DNA of 61,680 nt, the filler included, from Nitrospirae bacterium CG2_30_53_67 (GTDB taxonomy: Bacteria > CG2-30-53-67), in NCBI GenBank assembly GCA_001873285.1. It is 4 parts of 4 records of this genome, joined end to end, with 100 filler letters (N's around TTAATTAATTAA, not from the genome) between each part and the next. Parts side by side here need not be neighbours in the genome. Positions count along the whole stretch, not along the records: positions 31,926 to 49,387 come from MNYV01000070.1; positions 49,488 to 61,680 come from MNYV01000130.1; 2 more parts are not named here. One strand, written 5' to 3'. Position numbers and translations under genes: made by a program. Shown one piece after another: positions 48,459 through 57,783 of this stretch (within the stretch, counting starts at the first letter, position 1; every line of letters starts with the position of its first letter). The notes beneath the pieces were generated by a model that did not search any database, was not told the origin of the DNA, and saw nothing but the letters and a program-made list of their open reading frames with translations.

Positions 48459-49034
48459 CTATCTCTTGATTCCGTCCCAGCACGCTTCAATGGTCCAGGT
48501 AATCAGACCCTCATCCAGGGCTACAAATCCGAGAATATGATCCCTGGCCACAGCAACCAAGGGACCGAAGGCCAGGGCAAAGAGGATGACCAAGGGAAGA
48601 TCTTTTATCACCTGTTGAGAGACCCCGGTTTCGAAGAGTTCTCGAAAAACATCGCATCCTTCCTTTTCCCCCAGAATTTTATCCCGTCGATACTGTACAC
48701 CATAGGGAGAATTGTGGAATTGTTCCAGATAGCGGAAATCGAGAGGGTTTTCGATAAAGTAGCGGAGCAGCGCCGTGCCGAGGTGAAGAAAACGATCCCT
48801 GATCGGTTTGTCCTGAGCGTACCTCTCCAGGATGACAGGGTATAGCCTCTCTTCAAGCTCCTGATAGAGGTCTGTTATCAGTACATCCTTGTTCGCAAAG
48901 TAGCGATAGATGGTTCCGGCGCCGACTTTTGCACGCCTGGCGATCATAGACATAGGCGCGCCGTGAAAGCCGTTTTCAGCGATAAGCTCCAGAGACGAGC
49001 GAACGATCTTGTCTCGTTTATTAGGTCTTTTCAT
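48459..49034 (-). CDS. TetR/AcrR-family regulator
   Basis: GFHGAPMSMIARRAKVGAGTIYRYFANKD. Confidence 0.93.
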   Translation of the reverse strand: MKRPNKRDKIVRSSLELIAENGFHGAPMSMIARRAKVGAGTIYRYFANKDVLITDLYQELEERLYPVILERYAQDKPIRDRFLHLGTALLRYFIENPLDFRYLEQFHNSPYGVQYRRDKILGEKEGCDVFRELFETGVSQQVIKDLPLVILFALAFGPLVAVARDHILGFVALDEGLITWTIEACWDGIKR

Positions 49035-49052
49035 GACTTCACCGCGCATAAG

Positions 49053-49068
49053 AGAATGAATGTTCATT
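49053..49068. promoter_or_regulatory. Palindromic TetR operator
   Basis: GAATGAATGTTCATTC inverted repeat ~20 bp upstream of the tetR start. Confidence 0.7.
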
Positions 49069-49147
49069 CCTATTTATCATGCAGTCTCGCCGCATGTCAA
49101 TAAAAAAATGTACTTTGACCACAGCACTTTGACCCCCAAAAACAGAG

Positions 49148-49288
49148 ATAGAAAATTGTTTTCCAAGAAAATCCCCCTCCCCTCGCGGGAGGGGGTGTGG
49201 GGGAGGGGTAACCTTAAAGGTGAAAACGATTCACCCTCACCCTGCCCTCTCCCATCAAGGGAGAGGGAATAATTTTGGAATTTCTATC
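49148..49288. repeat. REP-like hairpin element
   Basis: CCCCTCCC..GGGAGGGG and CACCCTCACCCTGCCCTCTCCC..GGGAGAGGG; relatives at ~30133-30212 and ~40435-40530. Confidence 0.65.
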
Positions 49289-49387
49289 GCGGAATTTAGG
49301 CCAGGACATTCTAATTGACAACAAAAACTTATTCTGGTAAGTTACTTTATATGGTGAATCAAACCATGAAAAAGCAATTGAAAAAAT

Positions 49388-49487
49388 NNNNNNNNNNNNN
49401 NNNNNNNNNNNNNNNNNNNNNNNNNNNNNNNTTAATTAATTAANNNNNNNNNNNNNNNNNNNNNNNNNNNNNNNNNNNNNNNNNNNN
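49388..49487. other. Artificial contig linker
   Basis: N runs around TTAATTAATTAA. Confidence 0.99.
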
Positions 49488-49489
49488 CA

Positions 49490-49984
49490 GGCTCTTCAGC
49501 CATCCGCGAACAGATCAGGAAACTCCGGAAGGCTGTCCAGGGACTGGTCCTGAGAACGACCCTCATGGTCGGCTTCCCGGGCGAAACCGAAGACGCCTTC
49601 CGGGAACTATGCGGCTTTGTTTCAGAGACCCGCTTCGACCATCTCGGCGCCTTTGCGTACTCACAGGAAGAGGGAACGCAGGCGGCAGAGCTTCCGGACC
49701 AGATCGCAGATGAGATCAAGACCGAACGGCTGAATACGATCCTAAACCTTCAGGCCGGCATATCCAAACAGAAAAACCGGGGGCGGGTAGGGACGGTGCA
49801 AAAGGTCCTGGTCGAAGGGACGTCGCCCGAGACCGACCTTCTGCTTTCCGGCCGTTACTACGGCCAGGCCCCGGAGATTGACGGTTCGGTCCTGATCAAC
49901 AAGGGTGACGCCGTGGTCGGGGAATTCTTTAATGTAAAGATCACCGATGCCCATGAATATGATTTGATCGGGGAGATTGTGTAA
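49490..49984 (+). CDS. rimO: Ribosomal protein S12 methylthiotransferase, C-terminal part
   Basis: [32 protein letters not shown] and YDLIG TRAM domain. Confidence 0.93.
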   Translation, partial: GSSAIREQIRKLRKAVQGLVLRTTLMVGFPGETEDAFRELCGFVSETRFDHLGAFAYSQEEGTQAAELPDQIADEIKTERLNTILNLQAGISKQKNRGRVGTVQKVLVEGTSPETDLLLSGRYYGQAPEIDGSVLINKGDAVVGEFFNVKITDAHEYDLIGEIV

Positions 49985-50057
49985 TAATTTTTTTGCCCCT
50001 TTCACCTTTTTCTCCCACATCCGGAAAAAGGACAAGGGCAAGGAGAAAAGATTCGAT

Positions 50058-50825
50058 ATGTTAAATAGCAAAAAAATTATCGTTGTCCTTCCGGCCTACA
50101 ACGCCGAGAAGACCCTGGAGGCCACCTACAGGGAGATCCCCCTTGGTATCGTAGACGAGGTTTTGCTGGTGGACGACAGGAGTTCGGACCGGACCACCGA
50201 AGTGGCGCAAAAACTCGGGATCAAGACCTTCGTGCATCAAAAGAACCTGGGCTACGGCGGGAACCAGAAGACCTGCTATACCGAGGCCTTAAAGCATGGC
50301 GCTGATATCGTAGTCATGCTCCACCCCGACTATCAGTACACGCCCAAGCTCATCACGGCCATGGCCTCCATGATCTCCGAAGAACTCTATGACGTGGTCC
50401 TGGGTTCAAGGATTCTGGGAAAAGGCGCCCTGGCCGGAGGCATGCCGCTCTACAAATATTTCAGCAACCGCTTTCTCACGGCCTTGGAGAATGTCCTTGT
50501 CGCGCACAAGCTCTCGGAATACCATACGGGCTACCGGGCCTTCTCCCGCAAGGTCCTGGAGACGCTCCCGCTCCTGGAGAACTCCAATGATTTTGTCTTC
50601 GACAATCAGATGCTGGCCCAGATCATCTATTTCGGATTCTCCATCGCGGAGATCACCTGCCCCACAAAATATTTCGAGGAGGCCTCCTCCATCAACTTTT
50701 CAAGAAGCGTGACCTACGGCCTGGGCGTGCTCGAAACCGCAATCCGCTTCCGCCTGCACAAACTCGGATGGCTCAAATCCAGGATCTTCGAGGAAAATGG
50801 GAAGAAACTTCAGACGGGTAGTTAA
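50058..50825 (+). CDS. GT2 glycosyltransferase (polyprenol-phosphate sugar transferase-like)
   Basis: [38 protein letters not shown]. Confidence 0.92.
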   Translation: MLNSKKIIVVLPAYNAEKTLEATYREIPLGIVDEVLLVDDRSSDRTTEVAQKLGIKTFVHQKNLGYGGNQKTCYTEALKHGADIVVMLHPDYQYTPKLITAMASMISEELYDVVLGSRILGKGALAGGMPLYKYFSNRFLTALENVLVAHKLSEYHTGYRAFSRKVLETLPLLENSNDFVFDNQMLAQIIYFGFSIAEITCPTKYFEEASSINFSRSVTYGLGVLETAIRFRLHKLGWLKSRIFEENGKKLQTGS

Positions 50826-50890
50826 TCAATCATAGCATCAGAACATATTTTATGCTTGCAATTTCGCCATTAAATGGCTAATATTTAGCC

Positions 50891-52129
50891 ATGTATCGGA
50901 GAAATATCAAAGACTATCTGCAGGCGGTTCTGGCGGATACACCGGTGGTTTTGCTCCATGGGGCGCGACAGACTGGAAAGACGACCCTTGTCGAGAACCT
51001 CGCCGGGGAGCTGGGCGGCCGTTATCTGACGTTGGACGATGCTACAGTTCTGGCAGCCGTGACCGCCGATCCGGCCGGGTTTGTCCGGCAGCAGGATGGC
51101 ATGATCATTATTGACGAGGTTCAGAAGGCACCGGACCTTTTCCCGGCCATCAAACAGCAGGTCGATGCCGACCGCCGGCCTGGCCGGTTTCTGCTGACCG
51201 GCTCGGCGAACATATTGATGCTGCCCAGAATTTCTGAGTCATTGGCCGGCAGGATGGAGATCGTGACTCTGTGGCCCCTTTCGCAGGGCGAGCTGGCCGG
51301 GCAGAGGGAGCGATTCATTGACGCGGTGTTTTCTTCCGGCCTCCCACAGCCGGCGAAGGCTGGACCGGTGGATCGTGACATCGCAAGGCGCGTTCTTACC
51401 GGCGGATATCCCGAGGCGGTGGAGCGGAGCGCTTCAGAGCGCAGGCAGGCATGGTTCGGGGCCTACATTACCACCATTCTGCAACGTGATGTGCGTGACC
51501 TCGCACATGTCGAGGGACTCACCGACATGCCGCGGCTGCTTTCTCTTCTTGCGGCGCGTTGCGGCGGCCTCCTCAACATGTCCGAACTGTCCCGGTCGTC
51601 TGGGATTGCTCACACAAGCCTGCGGCGCTATTTGAGCCTGCTGGAGACTACGTTTCTCGCACAATTGCTGCCTGCGTGGTCCACAAACCGGAGCAAACGA
51701 TTGGTGAAGTCCCCCAAGATCCATTTGATAGACAGCGGCCTTACGAGCCGGCTCGCAGGCGCTTCCGGACAGGATCATCCCGAAGACCTGCAGCTCTTTG
51801 GCCGCCTCGTGGAGACCTTCGTGGTCATGGAACTGCGCAAGCAGGCAACCTGGAACAAGACGCTTTGTGCCCTGTATTATTTCCGCACCGCTTCCGGTCA
51901 AGAGGTCGACGCAGTGATGGAAGACGGACGGGGGAGGGTCGTGGGGATCGAAGTAAAATCCGCTGCAAGCGTTGCTGAGAAAGACTTCGCCGGGCTGAAG
52001 GTTCTGGCGGACTTGGCCGGCAAGAAGTTTCATCGCGGTATTGTTCTCTATGACGGCGATGCCGCCGTGCCGTTCGGTGACCGGTATGCGGCCCTGCCGA
52101 TCAGCACGCTTTGGCGTGTGACAGAGTAG
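50891..52129 (+). CDS. AAA_14 ATPase with DUF4143 and C-terminal nuclease-like domain
   Basis: GARQTGKTT, IIDEVQ, LTGS, GGYP, KSPK..L.DSGL, EVD...IEVK. Confidence 0.92.
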   Translation: MYRRNIKDYLQAVLADTPVVLLHGARQTGKTTLVENLAGELGGRYLTLDDATVLAAVTADPAGFVRQQDGMIIIDEVQKAPDLFPAIKQQVDADRRPGRFLLTGSANILMLPRISESLAGRMEIVTLWPLSQGELAGQRERFIDAVFSSGLPQPAKAGPVDRDIARRVLTGGYPEAVERSASERRQAWFGAYITTILQRDVRDLAHVEGLTDMPRLLSLLAARCGGLLNMSELSRSSGIAHTSLRRYLSLLETTFLAQLLPAWSTNRSKRLVKSPKIHLIDSGLTSRLAGASGQDHPEDLQLFGRLVETFVVMELRKQATWNKTLCALYYFRTASGQEVDAVMEDGRGRVVGIEVKSAASVAEKDFAGLKVLADLAGKKFHRGIVLYDGDAAVPFGDRYAALPISTLWRVTE

Positions 52130-52447
52130 TCTTAGCCCATCTTTAAAAAACAAATATTTTTTTTTAAACGGTCTCTGATTTTCCGTCGTAAAAATTAATC
52201 TGTAACACTTTGACAAAGATGAACTATTCCGGAACCGTCCCCAAACATTCCTCAAACATTCCTTATCTTCAAAGTATATTATACAGAACGACCGAAATCT
52301 TATGCCCGGCTGGGTAACTTCAAGATCTGCACGGACCTGACTGACTTGAACTTGCCCAATCTGTAAGTGGCTGAAAAGTATGGACGAGCAGGAATCTGGG
52401 CTTGGCAGGTCCGGCCAAAATCGTCTATTATGCAACATGAATGCATA

Positions 52448-52670
52448 ATGGACGAGACGGCCTTCGTCCGTTTCCTCGGAGTTGCGGCTGCTCGAACCGG
52501 ACAGATGCTGAATCTGGCCGAGACGCCGTTGCCCCTGACTTCCTTTGCTCAATCCATCCCCGTGAGCGCGCTCTGACGGCCGCAGGCTCGGGGTAAGGCA
52601 ACCCGGCTGTCGGACGTGGACATCGCTGTGTATTTCTACCCTGAGAAGAAGAATCCCATAGAAATATGAA
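52448..52670 (+). pseudogene. Adjacent fragments of a DUF4143 ATPase and an MNT nucleotidyltransferase
   Basis: DETAFVRFLGVAAARTGQMLNLAE, then in another frame QARGKATRLSDVDIAVYF. Confidence 0.55.
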
Positions 52671-52724
52671 GAAGAGCGGGTCTACGAGGGAGAAAACGGA
52701 ATCTGGGCGGACATGGAGGACCTC

Positions 52725-53069
52725 CTAAAAAAAACCGAATATCTTTCTCAGTCTATCGCTCACTTCACGATACATCGCAGGAGTCAATTCCCCCAATTCA
52801 CGCCGGATCATCGAACTGGTAATGGTCATAAGCCGGTGTAACTGAAGAGTCGAGGGCGCTCGCAGTCCGGTTTCCGCGAAACCCGTATACCGTGAGTCGA
52901 TCACCAGATCCGATTCAAGTAAATCAGTTGGAATTTGACTGGTAATAAAGGCGAGGATAACGTGGCGGTAAGGACCGATTGGATCGGTTAAACATACAGC
53001 CGGCCGGACCTTGGTTGCCGTAAGGTCATCGAAAGGAAATGGTACCAGGACGACCTTACCCCTTGTCAT
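52725..53069 (-). CDS. PemK/MazF-family toxin
   Basis: RGKVVLVPFPFDDL..TKVRPAV, ITS, TGL..PS. Confidence 0.9.
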   Translation of the reverse strand: MTRGKVVLVPFPFDDLTATKVRPAVCLTDPIGPYRHVILAFITSQIPTDLLESDLVIDSRYTGFAETGLRAPSTLQLHRLMTITSSMIRRELGELTPAMYREVSDRLRKIFGFF

Positions 53070-53310
53070 GAAAGGGCCTCCCGTCTGTAGGGGCATAAAT
53101 ATCTTCTGCAGGGTTCTTCAAGAAGTCAAAAGCCGGATTACTATCCGCTGTTTTAAGCCACTCCTGTTCATTTATCTCAGTATTTTCGGATACAAGAATG
53201 ACAACACGCACGCGGGCCGGGCCTTCTATCGGCAATGGTTCATCCAAGACAAGCCGATGCCTCGCGTCAATGGTACCCGTAACTTCGATTGCCTTCACCG
53301 GATTCTTCAT
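53056..53310 (-). CDS. Putative antitoxin partner of the MazF toxin
   Basis: Overlaps the toxin start; acidic C-terminus NPAFDFL..EDIY...DG.P. Confidence 0.8.
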   Translation of the reverse strand: MKNPVKAIEVTGTIDARHRLVLDEPLPIEGPARVRVVILVSENTEINEQEWLKTADSNPAFDFLKNPAEDIYAPTDGRPFHDKG

Positions 53311-53444
53311 AACAGAATTTCACCTCTTTTGTGTTTTAGTCAACCGTTTTGTTATTCTCTGTGAGAATAAACAACACTATTGCATAGCACCTTAGATTTG
53401 TCAACGATCGAATGGTTTCTTCCTTTTCCATCCGGCGTCCAGGA

Positions 53445-55046
53445 TCACAAACCGATCCCCTTGCTTTGCAGCAGTGTCCCTTTGATCTGCTCAAGATGGG
53501 CCAGGGATTTTCGGAAGTCAACACGGGCCCGGAGTTCCCGGCTCCTTGCCGTAGAAAGTTTTTCCTGATACTCCAGGACATCGTGGCTGATGCCCAGCCC
53601 GACCTCGAACCTCTGGGTCTCGCTCCGGAGCCTCTCTTCAGCGAGCCTCCGGGCCGCTTCGGCCGCGGCGACCCTTTTCCTGTCGGTCTCGATCTGCCGG
53701 TATGCCTCCCTCACATCCCGGATGACCTGGTTTTCGAGGTCCTTGACTGCCATGACGGCCTTCTGATTCTCCAGGTCGGCCATGACCTTCTCGCTTCTGG
53801 CTGAACGGTTGCCTAGGGGATACTCTACCTTGATACCCACAGTGTACGAATAGTAATCCCCGGACTTGAGTTCTCTCAAGGAATCCGGATTATTCCCTCC
53901 AAAGGGATTTTCTGTGGTCGCCCCCGGATTCCGGAAATCCGGCTGCGGCTGCGCCGCGCCTGAAAGTCCGCTGAGGCCGATAGATCCGACCAGATCAACC
54001 CGGGGGAAAAGCTGGTTCTTTGTGTATTTCAACTGGATCTGTTTGTTTTCCAGATCCACCTTGGCTTGATGGATATCGGGACGGCTTTCCATGGCTGTTC
54101 TGATCTGTTCGGGGAGATCTTCGATTTCCGCTGCCACCACCGGTTCATCCGCCGGGGTCAGCCTGATCTCCCAGTATCGAGGATCATCCGTGAGATTGAG
54201 GGCTTTGCGAAGGCTGTCCTCTGCATCCCGGAGGGCATCTTCGGCCGTAATAACCCCCTCTTCCCGCGCCGCCTTCTCGGCTTCAGCCTCCAGGATATCT
54301 ATGGGAGGAAGCACCCCCACATCCACCTTGCTCCGGGTGATCTTCAGAAAATCCTCCGCGAGCTGCAGGGATTCCTGCTGTACCTTCTGATCCTCTATGG
54401 TATAAACGAGCTCCCAGTAGATGGACTCGACATCAAAGAGGATTTGCATGACATGGCTCTGAAATTGAAACCTGGATATCTCCTTGTTGTTTGCGGCGAT
54501 CCGGATCCCGGATGTGTTGGTCCCGATCCCGAAATCTTTGAGCAGCGGCTGGGTCAGGGAAAGGATCAGCTCGGAAGAGTATGAAGGGTTCAGGCCTGCA
54601 AAGGCCGAATTGGTTTCGTTCCTGTTGTTGACGGCGGAAAGATCGGTCTCGGTTCCGGGTGCCCACTTCCGGGCGATGCCGGCATTGATATTGTAATCCT
54701 GATTCTTGTTCTCCGGAGGGGATGCAAAGGATGAACTCGTCTGTTTCACAGACTGGTCCTTTGAAACGCCCACGGATACCCTGGAATCGAAAACCGATTT
54801 CTCCTGCACCAGTTTCTGTTCGCTGATCTCAGGCTCAACCCTCTGGATGGCGATCTCCAGATTGTTCTTGAGGGCAAGCTGAAGACAGGCATTCAGCGAG
54901 AGCCTGGCTTCTTTTTTCTGCAGGAAGTCCTGGATCTCCTGCTCCGAGATCCCGGTCGCGGGCTGAGACCCTGACTCGCCCCCTGCATTTGGAACGATGA
55001 GTAGAACTGAGAAGATGAAAAGAAAAACAAGGCCTAACCTCTTCAT
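53445..55046 (-). CDS. TolC-family outer-membrane protein
   Basis: Signal peptide, ALKNNLEI, LTQPLL, two OEP repeats; ATGA overlap with purE. Confidence 0.9.
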   Translation of the reverse strand: MKRLGLVFLFIFSVLLIVPNAGGESGSQPATGISEQEIQDFLQKKEARLSLNACLQLALKNNLEIAIQRVEPEISEQKLVQEKSVFDSRVSVGVSKDQSVKQTSSSFASPPENKNQDYNINAGIARKWAPGTETDLSAVNNRNETNSAFAGLNPSYSSELILSLTQPLLKDFGIGTNTSGIRIAANNKEISRFQFQSHVMQILFDVESIYWELVYTIEDQKVQQESLQLAEDFLKITRSKVDVGVLPPIDILEAEAEKAAREEGVITAEDALRDAEDSLRKALNLTDDPRYWEIRLTPADEPVVAAEIEDLPEQIRTAMESRPDIHQAKVDLENKQIQLKYTKNQLFPRVDLVGSIGLSGLSGAAQPQPDFRNPGATTENPFGGNNPDSLRELKSGDYYSYTVGIKVEYPLGNRSARSEKVMADLENQKAVMAVKDLENQVIRDVREAYRQIETDRKRVAAAEAARRLAEERLRSETQRFEVGLGISHDVLEYQEKLSTARSRELRARVDFRKSLAHLEQIKGTLLQSKGIGL

Positions 55047-55543
55047 TGCTGCTCCCTCACACGCTGGTCCGCTTCTTCAACCTTCCTGCGCTGGTTCTTC
55101 TTGAATTCCGCGAGCTGTTTTCTCAAGGGCACGCTCTTGAGCGCGAGGACCCGCAAAGAAAAGAGTGCGGCATTCCTGGCCCCGGCAACCCCGATGCTCA
55201 TGGCGGCAACGGGAACGCCTGCGGGCATCTGCACCGTAGACAGAAGGGCATCGAACCCATTCAGCGGGGTAGACGAGATGGGAACCCCGATCACCGGAAG
55301 GTCCGTGACGGCGGCCATAGCCCCCGCCAGATGTGCGGCAGCCCCGGCCCCGGCAATGATCACCTTGATCCCCCGGCCTGCAGCTTTCTTTGCATACTCG
55401 GCTGCGAGATCCGGTGTCCTGTGGGCCGAGATCACCCGGATCTCGAAAGGAATCTCAAAGCTTTGCAGGATCGCACCGCCCTCCTTCATGACCGAAAGAT
55501 CCGACTCGCTCCCCATGATAATCCCTACCAGCGGTTTCGTCAT
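55043..55543 (-). CDS. purE: N5-CAIR mutase
   Basis: IIMGSESD, SAHRTP, GAAAHL, LLSTVQMPAGVPV. Confidence 0.98.
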   Translation of the reverse strand: MTKPLVGIIMGSESDLSVMKEGGAILQSFEIPFEIRVISAHRTPDLAAEYAKKAAGRGIKVIIAGAGAAAHLAGAMAAVTDLPVIGVPISSTPLNGFDALLSTVQMPAGVPVAAMSIGVAGARNAALFSLRVLALKSVPLRKQLAEFKKNQRRKVEEADQRVREQQ

Positions 55544-55569
55544 TGTCCCCTCCTATATATAAACATTTT

Positions 55570-55910
55570 CGGTTCTTCTCCCATATAGTGGGTAAGAAGG
55601 GTTCAAGGGGTCAAGGGTTCGAGTGAACCCCGTTAGAGAGACGAGCTCTCTAACGGGGTGAAATACTGAAACGCAAGCAAAATCTCCAGAGAAAAACACT
55701 GGACCCCAAGATGCCTTAGTGTAGTAGCCGTCGTAGACGGCAAGGATATAGAAAAGCGGGACACGCTAAGCGTAACCCTAGGACCCTCGGCCCCTTATGT
55801 TTTTAGCACTTCACCCCGTTAGAGGACAACCTCTAACGGGGTTCACTTGACCCCTGGGATCCTTGACCCCTTGACCCCTGATGTTTTCACCCACTCTTTT
55901 GGAGATGATC
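55570..55910. mobile_element. Composite MITE-like element between purD and purE
   Basis: Imperfect TIRs TTCTCCCATATAGTGGGT / ACCCACTCTTTTGGAGA; GGGTTCAA arms; nested CCCCGTTAGA..TCTAACGGGG hairpins (x2) and the 55702-55776 unit. Confidence 0.72.
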
Positions 55911-55988
55911 TACATTTTCAAGTTTGATGGACTCCCCATGAACTGCGGTTCCTTTGCCCCCGGCCCCGGCAAACAGGCATAATCCCCG

Positions 55989-57272
55989 CTATCCCTGCTC
56001 GCACAGCATCTTCAACCCCTTTTGCCCGATGTCGGTGCGGAAGTGCTTTCCCTTAAAGTCAATCAGGTTTACGGCATCATAGGCCTTGTTCAGGGCGGAA
56101 GCCAGGGTCTCCCCTCGGGCCGTGACCCCCAGGACCCTGCCGCCGGCTGTGACAATCCTGTCATCCACCATTCTCGTCCCCGCATGAAAGACCAGGAGAT
56201 CCTCGGTGTCCGGGATCCTGTCCAGACCGGAGATGGTCTTCCCTTTTTCATAGGCCCCCGGATACCCGCCTGAAGCCAGGACCACACAGGCGCTGGCGCC
56301 GTTCTTCCATTCGATAGGGACCTGACTGAGCCGGTCATTAAGGATCCCCTCGATGATGTCAACGAGGTCGGTCTTGAGCCTGAAGAGGATCGGCTGAGCC
56401 TCGGGATCACCGAAGCGCACATTGAATTCCAGGACCTTCAACCCCTCGGGTGTGACCATGATGCCGGCATACAGCACCCCTTTGAAGACCCTCCCCTCCT
56501 CGGCCATGCCACGGATCGTCGGGACCATGACCGTCTCCATGATCTCCTCGGTCCGGTCCTGAATGACCGGCGCAGGGGTATAGGCGCCCATGCCGCCGGT
56601 GTTGGGCCCTCGGTCCCCGTCATGGACCTGCTTGTGGTCCTGAGAGGAGATCATGGGTATGACGGCCTTTCCGTCCGTGAAGGCCATAAAGGAGGCCTCC
56701 TCCCCGGCCAGACACTCCTCCACCACGATGGCCTCTCCGGCCGAACCGAATTTCCTCTGTTCCATGATCATGTACACGGACGCAACCGCCTCCTCAACGT
56801 TCTGCGCGACCACGACCCCCTTGCCTGCGGCCAGTCCGTCGGCCTTGACCACGATGGGCGCTCCCTTTTTCAAGATATAGCCGGCGGCTTGAGCAGGATC
56901 GGTGAAACTCATATACTCGGCCGTGGGGATCCCGTGCCTGCGCAGAAAATCCTTGGTGAAGACCTTGCTTCCCTCCAGGATCGCGGCGTTCTTTCTTGGG
57001 CCGAAGATGGGGAGCCCGGCCTCCTCAAAGCGGTCCACAATTCCCAGGGTCAGAGGGCCTTCGGGCCCGACCAGGGTGAGATCGATCTTCTGCTTCCTTG
57101 CAAAATCGAGGAGACTCTCGATCTCCCCGGCCTGTATGGGGACGGGTTCCGCCAGGCCCAAGGTTCCGCCGTTGCCCGGCGCGCAGTAGATTTTTTTGAC
57201 CCTGGGGCTCTGCGCAATCTTCCAGACCAACGCATGTTCCCTGCCCCCGGAACCGACAACCAGAATTTTCAT
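55989..57272 (-). CDS. purD: Phosphoribosylamine-glycine ligase
   Basis: GSGGREHA, APGNGG, KADGLAAGKGV, GPNTGGMG, EFNVRFGDPE. Confidence 0.99.
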   Translation of the reverse strand: MKILVVGSGGREHALVWKIAQSPRVKKIYCAPGNGGTLGLAEPVPIQAGEIESLLDFARKQKIDLTLVGPEGPLTLGIVDRFEEAGLPIFGPRKNAAILEGSKVFTKDFLRRHGIPTAEYMSFTDPAQAAGYILKKGAPIVVKADGLAAGKGVVVAQNVEEAVASVYMIMEQRKFGSAGEAIVVEECLAGEEASFMAFTDGKAVIPMISSQDHKQVHDGDRGPNTGGMGAYTPAPVIQDRTEEIMETVMVPTIRGMAEEGRVFKGVLYAGIMVTPEGLKVLEFNVRFGDPEAQPILFRLKTDLVDIIEGILNDRLSQVPIEWKNGASACVVLASGGYPGAYEKGKTISGLDRIPDTEDLLVFHAGTRMVDDRIVTAGGRVLGVTARGETLASALNKAYDAVNLIDFKGKHFRTDIGQKGLKMLCEQG

Positions 57273-57524
57273 AACGGCCCCTGCTCCAAAAAGAAAAATA
57301 TCCTAAATACAGTTCGGTCAAGATGGTTAAAACCCGTCACCGTCCTGCCAAAGATAACACTGTCAAACGAGGTTTATTGGAGTATTAAAAACCGGCCTGA
57401 TTTTATGTGATCAGAATATAATTGTCAACCTTAACCTAAACCCGAGGGAATGCACAGTGGTGAGTGAAGTTTCTGCAAAAGTTTTTTAGCTCATCGTGGA
57501 AGTGAGTGGGCAAAAACCCCATAA

Positions 57525-57643
57525 GGGATAACTCCCCCTTGCCCCTCAGAGGGATAACTCCCCCTTGCCCCCTCAGAGGGATAACTCCCCCTTGCCCCCT
57601 CAGAGGGATAACTCCCCCTTGCCCCCTCTTAAATAAGAGGGGG
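57525..57643. repeat. Tandem 27-bp repeat (x~4) at the start of a REP-like element
   Basis: Unit GGGATAACTCCCCCTTGCCCCCTCAGA; the last unit continues into the TAAATAAGAGGGGG hairpin, as at ~17573-17608. Confidence 0.85.
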
Positions 57644-57783
57644 GAAGCCTTTAGAAAAGGGAGGTTAGAGCCTGCCCTCGAATGGGTTTATCGGGGGAGG
57701 GATTTTTGATATGATGTCGTTTCTATTATGAGAACCATAATATCAAAAAATCCAAGAAGAAATATGACCGGAAGCGCGTTCGG

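Noticed and set aside
57525..57630. Possible CRISPR array (27-bp repeats)
   Set aside because: Units are head-to-tail with no unique spacers, and there are no cas genes.
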